From contig CM120642.1 in assembly GCA_051362555.1 (NCBI GenBank), positions 19,654,001 through 19,718,000 of the forward strand: a stretch of 64,000 nt of DNA. Direction: 5' to 3'. A program made the position numbers and the translations under genes. Origin of the DNA: Lingula anatina. Taxonomy: Eukaryota; Animalia; Brachiopoda. Shown here in pieces: positions 37,501-49,282 of the stretch. Below the pieces are notes generated by a model, which was not told where the DNA came from, did not search any database, and worked only from the letters and a program-made list of their open reading frames with translations. The first letter of the stretch is position 1. The number at the start of each line of letters is the position of its first letter.

Positions 37501-40500
37501 CCAACAAACATTCCTATACACGTACAATACTTCACAGTTCTTTGCAAATGCACACAGCAATTGCTCTATACAATGCACACACACGTGCTAGACACACGCA
37601 CACCGTGGAGAATGCCACCTGTACATAAACACAAGCAAGCAAAAAAGGACATCATGTTGCTTTGTGAACTCTGTGAAGCTGCAAGTTGAAACAGGCAAAG
37701 CAGGGATCCTTACCCCGATTTTTTCTAGTCTTGTTTTCCCTTTTCTCTTCATCACTAGGTCTCCTTTCCACAGCTTCATCTTCCCTCTTTGTTCTCTTTT
37801 TCTTCCGCAAGGGAATATTGGCAAGCTTATCAATTTCCTTTTCCAGATCAGAATCATAATTCGACGAGTCAGACACATGGTGTTCGACCTCCCTGGCTTT
37901 TGTCTTTTGCCGTGTTTCTGAGATTGGTTTCTTGTGTTTCTTAGATTGCTCATGGCCTCCATCTTCTCTTGATACAAGGACCTTGACTGGTTTCAGGATC
38001 TTTGGATCTTCCAAGCCATATTTTAGACGCAACCTGGCACTCAGTGAGCGGTCACCAGTAGGTTTACTGGGCTTTTTACCTGGAAAAAAAATCAAACTTA
38101 ATGAATTTTTCCATCTGAGAAAATTCTCTCCAAGAACAGCACTTTTGTTATGTTGGTAATCAATAAAATTGGTGAAAATTTTCCTTTTGCTTCACAATGA
38201 AAAATTAACAGGAATCCAACTGGATATAAACTCGAATATTTTCTCAATATTCATAGCATCATAGAGCCCAGAGTTCATTCTTTTTTATTTTTAAAATGGT
38301 GTTGAAATATCATCTGCACCTGCAATACTATTTACCTTCTGGTGCAGCCATCTTTTTCTTCTTTTTCCTCTTCTTTGCTGTGTCAGAATCAGAATTACTG
38401 ATCCCCAAAGAATCATCAGACGACTCATCACTTTCACTCCCCAATTCCTCTTTCATCCACTTTTCTAACTGCTGTTTAGCCTGGATATTTTCTTCGCTGC
38501 TATCAACATCATCTTTCCTCGATTTTCCTTTCTTTCCTCGTTTTACATCATCACTTTCTTCTGCGTTATATGTTTCTGCGTTCACTTCATCACCAGAATT
38601 CTCATCTATTTCATTGTTATCACTATCCGATATCAAGCCATTCGTCATTTTAGGAGAACATTTAGAATGCTGGTAAAGTACAGTTTTCTTTTTCCTTTTT
38701 CCAATATCTGGATCAGATCTTTCATCACTTTTTGATGTCCCTGAGGTTTGCTGTGACAATTCTGTGTCCTTCTCAATACTGCATTTCTTTTCCTTTTCAC
38801 GTAATTCATCTTTCTCTCCTGTCATTTTTGTTTTTTTCTGTATCGTTTCTTCTTCATCAGATGAACCATCTGACATTGTACCAGATTCTTTGGCAAGAAG
38901 CTTTTTTCTTGATTTCCTCATAGAAACAAAACCTGATATCTGGCCATCTTCCCCATCAGATGACCCACCAGAATCTGTGCCATTTTCTTTGGCAATCATC
39001 TTCTTTCTTGTTCTTCTTCTGGATTCAGAGCCTGATATCTGGCCTCCTTCCTCATCAGATGACCCATTTGAATTTGTGCCTGTTTCTCTGACAATAAGCT
39101 TTCTTCTCCTAGATTCAGGACCTGATACATGGCCGTCTTCTTCCTCCTCTTTGTTTGATCTTGTTATCTTTGACTTCTCACGTTTAGATAGCCTGTCAGA
39201 GAACTCCTTTTCCATCTTAGATGTCCTTTTTTTAAAACTCTCTGTTTCACAAGTAGAACCTATGTTCTTAGTCTTTTTAGCACCATTAGATTCACAACTG
39301 TCAGTTTCCTTTTTCTCAGCATCAGAGTCTTCTTTTTCATGCCTTGGATCCACTTTCTTAGCAGATTCCAATTCTTCTACAGTATCACTGGACATTATTT
39401 TCTCTTCATCACCTAATTTTTCTTTTCTGTTTTCTTCATCACTGCACTCAAGTCTGTCCTCTTTTCCTGAACTAAAACCCATTTCTTCCAACTCTAATTC
39501 TTCTAGATTTTCATTCTCATTATCTAAACTCATGGTTTGCTCCTCTTGTGTTCCACTATCACATGAATTTAATTCATCCAGCTCTTTCAAAAAATTGTCC
39601 AGGGCTGTTTTAGGTTTCTCAATCTCTCTCTTATCTTGATTTTCATCATCATCCACCATCTTCATGCCCGAGTCCCCATCCTCAGTTTGATCAGGTGTTA
39701 TTTCATCTTTTCCACTTGACTTCGTGCCTTGACCCTCTTCAGAATCAGCTTTGGCATTTCTTTCACCCATATCTGTCTTTTTTGCAATTTCGGCTTGGGC
39801 TATATCCATGCTTGTTTCATCAATACCTTGCAATTCTTCTCTCAGTTCATTATCAATATCACTGTGACTGTTGTCATTACCATCTGCACTCTCAGTATTC
39901 TTGCGATGCTTGTCACTGTCTTGTCCTTCATCATCAACATTTGGTTTGTCAGGTTCCGTATCTTTGTTCTCTCTGCCCCCCTTATCTCCTCCTTTCCCCC
40001 CGGAATCACTTGACACCTTATTGCCTCCCTTCAGCCTGATGCGGAACCATCCTGACCCAGGAGTCCTGGACTGTTTACCAGCTTGACCCTTGGGTCCTTG
40101 GTCATCATCATCATCATCATCATCGCTGTCCCCATGCCGTCTCTTCTTTGACCCCTGGTCATTAGCATCACAATGACCATTGGTCTGACTCTTGGACTCC
40201 GTGTCCTCATCCTCCTGAACCGACTGTCCGGAACCTGCGTTCACATGAATGGTACCCATGTCTGGATTGAGACTGACTAAAATGGGGGCTTCCACTGTGG
40301 TGGCAAGGGGCGGTGTGGGGTCTTCGTCTGGCACAACAGGGGCAGGGATGGGGGTTCGTGGAGCAGGAGAAGAAACCTCTTCAATGATCTGTATATCATC
40401 ATCAGAGCCCTCATCCTCCTTGCTGGGTGCTGTTTTAGTGTGAGAGGAAGTCTGGGTGGGAAGTACAGCCGCTTTGTGGATGACAGCCATCCTCTGTGAC

Positions 40501-43500
40501 AGCTGAGCATGCCTGGCCATGGCCTGAATACTGCCCAGTTTGGCCTGGTAGGTGACCACAGCCCGCCTCAGTTTCTTGGCAACTTCAATTCTTGTCACCA
40601 TGTTTTTAACAGTGACCTTTTTATTGACAAACCCCTTCTCTGACACTCTGACCTGCTCCTTCATTTCCCTCAGGAATTTGGTCATAGAATGTGTGGCAGC
40701 TAATTGCTTGTCTAGAACTGTGTCGATATATTGAGCCTCCAGGTACAGCTGTGCCTGAAAGTTAGCTGGAGGGTCAGCATCAGTGACAGCTGTAGAAGAA
40801 TGAATTTGAACTGGTAACACTTTATTGCCACAAGAAGCTGTGGGTTCCTTACTCTTGTTTGCGGTATTCCTTTGAGACTTTTTCGCCAATGTTGTCGACT
40901 CCGGGTCCTTCTGTTTATCAGTTTTCTTAGCCAATTTTGACTTCAGGGTCTCTTGCTTCCGCTGGTCAGCTCTGTGTTCCTTTTCCACTGCCGCCAGGAC
41001 GTTAGTGCACTGAGCCACCAGGTCAGTGAGGGGGAGAGGATTGCACACATAACAACGCCATTTCTCGTTGTCACCTAGGAGAGGAAAACATACAGTTTTA
41101 AGCAATTTAAAGCTAATTAATCTATTTACAACAAGAGATCTACTAAACAGCATGACAAAAATACAATGGCAGGGGCGGATTGAGGCCATTTTTTTTGGTC
41201 TACCAAAAGATGGTCAGATTTATAAGTTTACATCACCGGATAGCTATTTTTTTCTTCCGGAAGACGGTCACAAATGGAGGGTGGATCAACAAAGACGATT
41301 TGGAAGACTGTAAGAAATAATATCTCTGGATCTGTTCCTGAATGACACATCTTTAAAAAACTATAATCAATAACTAATTTTATTGTGAAAAAAATATAGC
41401 AATTTTAACTTCATGAAGTATAATTGAAATAGCTGAATAAAAAAAAGGTTACAACAGCCATACAAATTTCAAAATATCATTTCATTTCCACCTCCAAAAA
41501 ATTTCATTATATCCCATGCTGTCACGTACCAAGACCTTCCACAGCGGAGTATTCGGACCGCCCCAAGTTTCTCTTGATACAGTTACGACAGAAAGCATTG
41601 GTGCAGTAGTCACAACACTGCAGTCTTCCACCCTCGGCACACCAACGACATTGCTCATCAAAACCATCCTCGTCCTTATCAAACTCCCCACTGCTGTAGT
41701 ACTTGTAGCATTTCTAAATTGGAAATCATCAATGCATTACTAGTGATCCCATTATCTCAATGTCTGTTCTTCCATATATGATTGTATTGCTCAATTGAAA
41801 TTCGACACGAGAAAAATAAAAAAGAATAGTCCTCCTCAACAAATCTTTCTCAATTTTGTGCTCTTTAAATTGCTTAAAAACCTTAAGTGCAATCTATTAA
41901 GTTACCAAAGAAAAACTTAAATGCAATGCCTGAGAACAGACTACAAAATTTTAATATCATATCATCCACTGCCTAATGGATCATATGAAAACTAAATTTC
42001 AGAAATTTATCAGGCCAATGTGCCACTGCCACACTTACCTTACAGATGAGTACTCGGAGTATAGGGTGCCGCAGGACTTTTCCTCTGATCTTGTGATTTA
42101 CTTGCTTACCACATGCTGTGCAGTTTACAATGGCATTTGGATCTAAAGAAAAAGGGCAATTCTGGCATAAATTTCTGAGGAAAAATAGATTGCTTATTCA
42201 TTTGATCAGCCTTAATTTTCTTTCAACAAAACCTATTATTCATTACAGATCATTTAATCAATTACAAAAAAAAACAACAACTAAATTTTAAAATCATAAA
42301 ACACAATTCATCAATGGCATTTCAGCACTACATCTCTTTAACTTCTGGCAATCCAAGTGAATGAAGCAATATGTACACATCACATCATGACTGAATCACA
42401 AAATCAGTCTACCTTCAACATTCATCATTTTTCGTGACCTGGTTTTTACTTCTGGACCCTTGAATGGTGAAGACTTCAAATCTTCCACAGCAACTGGCTG
42501 AACCATCACTGTGCCTACAATAAATACTTTCATTCTCTACTTTTTTCTAAGCTACATATTCTTATCTACACAAAAAAAAAAAAAAAAATATGAAACACAA
42601 GACTTCCCTTTGAAATGTTATACAATCTGGTAAAATATACATGAAAATTCCCAAAAATGTGCTGCCATTTCACCTTCTCTGAAACTCTTAATTTTCTATC
42701 ACTTCTGTTCAACACTAAGTAGATCCATTCAAAATTCAGTAATAGATCTTACCTCATTTGCAGATTTCATTACTGTCTAGGATGCCCCAAGCTCACCTTC
42801 AGGTAGTATAGGATTTCCCTGGTCATCTAGTTGAATATCTTCTCTAACTTTGTTCTCAGCGTCTCCTCCACAGTCAAGATCTATAGGGGTAACAACAGGC
42901 AGCAACGGGGCTATGTTGCCGGAGGTTTCCTCCTCCCCCTCCTCTTCCTCCGATTCCACATACTTCCTGGTTACTTTGGGCTTCCTGGAACAAATACAGA
43001 ATACTTGTAAGTCAAAGTGTATATTTAATTTATACATCTGGCATGCAAGTTTTGAAAAGAATAGAATTCCAAAAGAATTTAAGAAAAATGAATAACTTTT
43101 ATAATAAACAAAAACAAAACACTAGTCACTTTATGTTATTTTCTTTTTTTTTTTTTGGCTATGGTTTTTCGGCATACAATTAATAAATTTGCAGTGAAAA
43201 ATCAAACACTCAGCATTACAAAATAGCAAGTTTATTTATCTTGAGGGTTTATATTGGATACCTTCTGGAAGACCCACTACTGCTGGCCTTTACTTGTTCC
43301 TAGAAAAAAAAAATGAAAATGAAAAAAATAAAAACATTACTACAAATCCCAATTTGGACCCCTCTACCACAGCTTTATCCAAATTTTAAAACAAACATAC
43401 GCTAAGATTAGGATAAAAAAATGTAATAAATTTCACTGTTTATTGCCACATGTATCCTTTATGTCTACAGATTAACTTTTTTTATTTGGCTTAAATTATT

Positions 43501-44817
43501 CATTTTTTTTAATAGGGAAGATGTTTCTGCAAAAGCTTACTTACCAATTCCACTGGGGAAGCTGGGATAGAAGTCTCTCCCTGAACCTGAAGTTTTTTAA
43601 CCAAGACATCAAGCTTGGACCTGAAAGACGACGAATAAAATCAAGAATGTACAACCAAGATTGACCTCTGGAAAATGCACCCTAATGTTTATTTATTCTC
43701 AGATGTAGGATTCATTATTCATACTTGTAAACTTCTGAAGGTTTAATCATTCCACAGAAGCGTGATTTAATATAGTTTCAATCATAAACTGGTATAAATT
43801 CAACAATTCAAAATGGCATCAGTGCAATGACTGATGGTCACGATTTGGTTGCCTGAGCCAGATATGGGAAAGTGCCAGTCCAACCGGCAGATTATCTATG
43901 TATTGCATATATGCTAAAAAAATATTAAAATAAAAAATTTACAAAAAAATAAATAATAAAAAAAAAAAACAGCATAACTTTTGGAAAAATGGTCCAATCA
44001 AACTAATCTTTAATTCAACCTGTATTCTATTTAAATTGATCACTCCCATAAGTTTTAAGACAATTAGCCTATTGGTTTTCCTTAAATGTGTTATCTGTAT
44101 TGCAAATATATTGAAAATGGCTGGAAAAAAAACAAACTGAAAACGCCAGGGGAAAAAAAAACAGCCCAACTTTTGGAAAAATGGTCCTTTCAAGCTGATT
44201 TTTGAACATGAACTGCATTTTATGAATATTTATCAGTTTTGAAAATTTGAAGACAATAGGGTGAAAGTTTTTCACTTATCATGTTATCTCTGAAAGTGTA
44301 CACCAATGGCTACAACAGACCCAGGTGACAGTAAAATTACACGCTTACATAAAGCTTGGACTAAGGACTTTCCAATTTTCAATGATTAAAGGCAAGTATC
44401 AGAATAGGAGGATGGAGTGTTGGTGAATCGGAGAAAAATATTTTTTTACCCCTGGGAAATCTAACTCTAGTCAACTTTTGGACAATTATTCATAATAAAA
44501 CAAAAATTTTAAAAACACTTATTCAAAACTAAGCACAAATTAAAAACAACCTGCTTTAGACTGAACTAAAATACTTGATTAATGACTCAGACATGGGGAA
44601 ACTGCTCAAGGACCTGCATGATTTCTGACATTGCAGGTTCTCTGGACTGGCAAGGATTTTGTGAAAAGACATTATAATACAATAATAAATCACATGTAAA
44701 CATAGGCTTACGGAAATAAAAATACTTAGTTTGAGCTAGTACAGAATTAATAGGAGGACCTGCAGATTTCTTGTATTGCTGAACCTATGGACCTTCAGTA
44801 TTTTCACAGTTTTCTCC

Positions 44818-44851
<34 letters not shown>

Positions 44852-45420
44852 CAGTAGGAAAAATTATAAAGGAAATATTTATTTATTCATTCATTTGTAC
44901 AAAGTATTTTTCCCAGGGGGAGGGGAGGGGAGAGAGTCTGACGGATGCATTCTAAGCATTTAATTCATAACATGATCCCATGCAATATTGTGGGGACTAG
45001 TACACCCTGCAAAATCTTAACCACTTTCAAATAAACAAACACAACGTAAAGGTCAGAGCCCTCTGACAATGCCCTTTGTGTTGACCGTCAATGTCAGCTA
45101 ATAACATTACATATGCAGCGATGCAAAGCAGACAAAGCCGTCAATGCAGCAAATGCGGGGAAATTCGTTAAGTTAAATTAAAGATTGACAGCCTTGTAAT
45201 GACGTTCATTTCGTTTTAAAAAAGAAATATAATAATAAGAAACCAACAACAGTCGAGACTTTGAGTGGGGAAGGCTAGTTTACTTCATTATTTTCACATC
45301 CTACCTCTTAGCTTTCGCGGGAACATAATCACTTCCTCCAGATGGCGCTCCAGCTATCGCGGATATTTCGGTTCCATTGCTGTCAAAGCTCGGTGAATCA
45401 CCGGCTGCTTCGACACTCAT
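24906..45420 (-). CDS. ATRX: Transcriptional regulator ATRX (ADD domain + SNF2 helicase), ~32 coding exons
   Basis: Exons: 45420-45305, 43620-43545 ([10 protein letters not shown]), 43299-43262, 42984-42797 ([12 protein letters not shown]), 42514-42413, 42142-42039, 41713-41530, 41074-38336, 38079-37714, 36840-36749, 36127-35953, 35804-35621, 35355-35052, 34710-34555, 34015-33865, 33519-33407 (HCMGLGKT), 33070-32930, 32372-32195, 31810-31673 ([14 protein letters not shown]), 31218-31043, 30659-30414, 30061-29925, 29557-29463, 28937-28781, 28256-28133, 27880-27771, 27435-27258 ([23 protein letters not shown]), 26962-26777, 26414-26234, 25838-25618, 25494-25405, 25049-24906 (Q-rich, TGA). Exon 1 and the last three exons are less certain. 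Confidence 0.95.
28546..28641 (-). pseudogene. Intronic partial duplicate of ATRX helicase exon 31218-31043
   Basis: Aligns without gaps to 31126-31221. Translates [32 protein letters not shown] versus [33 protein letters not shown]; the AG acceptor is retained. Confidence 0.85.
29171..29415. mobile_element. Palindromic PIF/Harbinger-type MITE, copy 2 (ATRX intron)
   Basis: Same TIR (GGCTTCGTTCACATGC) and TTA TSD as 18823-19077. Confidence 0.85.
31928..32030 (+). mobile_element. Degenerate 5' relic of the HINE family seen at 2768
   Basis: AACTAGAACAGCATTCAGAGAGGGCAGAACTCTGTCCAGGCAG resembles AACTAGGACGACACTGCGAGAGCGCAGACCTCCGCCAAGGCAG. Confidence 0.45.
36258..36424. mobile_element. ~170-bp MITE with CAGGGGCGGAT termini, copy 1
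   Basis: TIR CAGGGGCGGAT...ATCTGCCCCTG, flanked by GTGTG; homologous to 41170-41340 and 58068-58235. Confidence 0.8.
41030..42142 (-). other. ATRX: ATRX ADD domain (GATA-like + PHD zinc fingers)
   Basis: Spliced sequence [64 protein letters not shown]. Confidence 0.92.
41170..41340. mobile_element. ~170-bp CAGGGGCGGAT MITE, copy 2
   Basis: Shares GGAAGACGGTCA..AATGGAGG..GGATCAACAAAGA..ATATCTCTGGATCTG with copy 1; flanks AATGG/AATGA. Confidence 0.75.
43895..44350 (+). mobile_element. Old, diverged relative of the HINE array subunit at 52388-58398, in opposite orientation
   Basis: AAAACAGCATAACTT..GATCACTCCCATAAGTTT..GCATTTTATGAATATT is the reverse complement of the ~133-bp subunit. Confidence 0.55.
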
Positions 45421-46094
45421 TGTCCGTTTTGCAATGCTCTTTATCTCATCAAAAGCGGTTAACTTCTGCTACCACCTCCTTTGCCGCTTATTAAGTCAAA
45501 TTATTGTTGGAATATACGACAGCGCCTGAAAATGGCTGCCGATTCTGAGAGCAATGACGCACTTAATCACGTGACAGTAATTATAATAATTTATGCATGA
45601 CGTCACATATCACGTGACATCATTTGCATATCTTATGCAAATCAGGTAGTTTAATTTATTAAAAAAATTAAAGATTTCATAAGTCAAAATGAGGGTTTTA
45701 TCTAGTGAAAAAACACGTTTAATCAACTTCCGGTGAAAAAAAGCAGACGAATTTACTAATTTGTTACCCTTTCTTCCATTTATCTAAGCACTTCAGTTGT
45801 CCAACTAAGTATCTGTGTATTACTCCCCATGTTTCGCCTTGTTTCTAAAAACCAACTTTGTCAAAGACATGAGAAAATGGATTTATTTTCCAAAATAATA
45901 ACCTTCTGCTACACTCATGCCGGTAGACTTCCCACAGTTCCTCACGTTGACAACATCCTGTTGCGCATGGGCACATTACAAAATGGCAGATTAAAGTTGG
46001 AGTTTTTCGACAGTGGTAACGTTTTATCTTTTGCTATACTATTCTTTTGTCTGCTGATTTCATAACGTCGTCGGAAAGAAACCTGTGATTCAAT
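45421..46094. promoter_or_regulatory. Bidirectional promoter / 5'UTR region shared by ATRX and the SLAIN-like gene
   Basis: Divergent ATGs 674 bp apart. YY1-type AAAATGGCTGCC 45529-45540, TCACGTGAC 45567 and 45610, CRE TGACGTCA 45598, inverted octamers 45622-45642, ETS ACTTCCGGT ~45726. Confidence 0.7.
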
Positions 46095-47652
46095 ATGACA
46101 GATACTGCGGTGGATCCGCAGGCAGAGGTCCGGAAACTGCAGGATCTTGTAAAGAAATTGGAACGGCAAAATGAAGTCCTACGAAGTAGACAGAATCTGA
46201 CAGAAACAGACCCACCACAGGTGGACAGTTCTTCCAAACTTAGTGATAAAAATCAGGACAAATCACTTTTAAAAGACGATAATAATCACAGGATAAATAG
46301 CAAGAAAAATACTAGTTTAGAAGAAGTGGATGTGATAGATCTTGAAAAAGTTTTTAGGGATGAAGACGAAGATAGCTGGTAAGTCAGGGTGTTCTTGGTG
46401 AGTCATAAGCTGTGGAAACACAACTCCATTTTATCCAAAATTAAGGCAATTAAAATTTTTAAAAACATCAGTTTGGTAAAATATATCAGTGGTACATACG
46501 TTGTGATTCCAACCCAATGCAACACAATGGTCATGCTATTCACGACGCTAGTCGATGCAAGTAATATCAGAATTTGGTCAATTAAGGTAGTTTAAGACTC
46601 AGTTCACATGAAAAATCTATTTTCTAAAAATCTATTTTCTATTCGCGGTATCTTGTGATCACTCCGAGCGCAGCCAAGAATTAATTACAGCTTTGGAAGT
46701 AACTTGCTCACGCTGCCAGTAATTACGCCGCGGGGTATTCAGGGCACAGACCGCAAATAGAAAATAGATTTTTAGAAAATGGATTTGTCATGTGAACGGG
46801 GCCTAACTGGACAAGTAAGTTAGTTCTGAGGATGCTTGGAAGTGCTGAACCTGGGGCTTCATCATGCCCATCACTTTGAATGTTTGATTATTCTCAAACA
46901 AATACAAAATTGCTTATTTTTGTCATTTTTATTTAATTAAGGGAAGAGACAAATACACTTTATATAAACAGATAGTGAAAACATTTTTGATATATTTCAT
47001 TATGTTTCATGTCAAATTTAACTAAGTTACTCACTCTACCCAGTGAATCAAGATTTTTCCAGGCCATTTTTGATTGATCCTTTAACCTGAGGGCTGTCAA
47101 TTTCTGATTGCAAAAAAATGACAGTGTGTGTCTTTGACAAGGCTCCAACTGATTTGCTGTCAGTGAAAATTACTTCATCCATTTGATTTTAATAGGGTTA
47201 AATTTAATAATAATTCATAACGATACGTTGGTTGTGGTCTTAAGGAATTGTTCTGTTGTGCAAATATTTCCTGTCATTGCTTGGAGAAAACTAGTATTAG
47301 TCTTGTACATCATTATAAATATTGCAATTTAAAAAAATTTTAACTTACTTAGTACACATTGTGAAATTCGTCAAGACTTGCTCTGTAATAGATTTTGTTC
47401 ATTAAGTGCACATAAGTGTTCATTAGATGTTTACTTAGAAAAGGAAAAAAATACACTTTTTGATGTTTTATCTACTGTATTTATATGCACTTAAAAAGAT
47501 AAAATGATAGATGCAAGAGGCATCTGACATTTAATTTATCACCTTTGGTTCTGAAGCACTATCTCTTGGCTTCCCACCAGAGACTCTTTCTACAGAGTGC
47601 TTTCTCACAGCACAGTTTTGGCAGGCACCTTAATGATACAGCCATTGTACTA

Positions 47653-47699
<47 letters not shown>

Positions 47700-49242
47700 G
47701 ATCATGAGAAAATTATCTTAATTTGTACTTGCAGGGTTTTTTTTTTTTCATGATGTGTGTCCGAGTAATTCTTGTAAGGTTCAATTTGTAAATACCCTGA
47801 GTGTCAGAGCCACTGAAGCTACATTGTTTACTGTTGAAAGGTATTCATGCGATAGCTTCACAGTAGCTCTGTGAACTAGTACAACAATTAGAGATATACA
47901 AAAAAAAAAAAAAAAAGAAAAAAAGAAACAGCTAAATGACAAAATAAGAGAAAGAAAAAAATTATTTAAATCAGCAAACAGAGTGGGTTGACAGCTATAT
48001 ATAACGCAATTTATATGAGAATTTGCAGGAAATGCAAATGAAATGTCATTGATCAAATTTAGCTACTTCCTTTAGATCACAAAAATTTAACATGAATTTG
48101 GATAACAGTTACACAAGCTTTCAATCATGAACCTAAATTTAAATTTTCTTCTCAAAACTAATGTACTAGTATGGAGTTTTAAAATGTTTTAATGTTTTAA
48201 AGGTGGCATATATATTTAAGCATCTGTGTTCAAAAGGTTTTGAATGATAAAACTGGTTATTATTATATTATAGGTAAATTTTGCCCCATGTTTTAAAGAA
48301 ATTCAAAATTTAGGAACTTAAAATTAACTAGTACGGTATCATGCTGTATGTGATTTGAAATGCGTATAGTATGCTTGCTATATAAATATATAGATGTATA
48401 ATAACTGAAAATTGTTTCTGCTTAGTGTACAATATGATTCTTTCTGGTGTATATTTGAAGTATTTGAGCTTGAATTAAGATTATGTCAGGTCTTCATATA
48501 AACAGCAAAATTATCAAAGACAGATTACCTCCAATGTGAGCTGGAAAGTGCACATTACACATGCAAGACATGTTTGATCAAAAATTAAATCTTTATCTGC
48601 GTCATGGTGCAGACAAGTCATGATAAACTTGCATGCACTCATTATTATTGGAATGGAGATTAAAGGTTCTTATCATGCCAGTGTTGTGTCTGGTAACCTC
48701 TTTACTATTATAGACACTATTTTTGCCTTTTCTATTTTTGTTTATGACATGGACAACATTCTTTTTGCTTTAACATATATATAAATACGTAAACATTCTG
48801 ATATAGACAAGCTCTAAAAAGTAAATTAATGTCAAGATATGCACATATATATATAAGCTTTTTCCTTAACTATAATTTATCTGTAAATTACTAGTATGCC
48901 GTTTTCTGATTCCAAGAAAATTCATAATGACAAGTTTTTATGCCATATTTTCTCACCTGTTATGGAAGAATGGTGAAATTAAAATAACATGGACATTAAT
49001 TAAGGTTGGATTGACAGTATATGTTGTCCTTATTTTATCAGGGTGACTGAGTTGACTTGACTTATTGAGTACTAGTAGTTTGTTTGTTCACAGTTCCACT
49101 CGATTTACCTGTCTGCAGGTGCTTTTTCTTATATTTTGAACTGGGATGAAGCCATATATACCATTTATAATTAATAGTTTACTAGTGCCAATGTGAGTTA
49201 TGGTTTTGAAGAAATATCTGAAGTAAGTCAGTGCATTACGAA

Positions 49243-49282
<40 letters not shown>

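Noticed and set aside
38732-40734. + strand ORFs up to 291 aa
   Set aside because: Antisense to the charged low-complexity ATRX exon; Ser/Phe-rich with no domain signal.
41075-41189. N-terminus of the 953-aa ORF (MASIRPCHC...) as a standalone gene start
   Set aside because: Intronic read-through starting inside a MITE; the exon begins at the AG acceptor at 41074 and continues the ADD domain.
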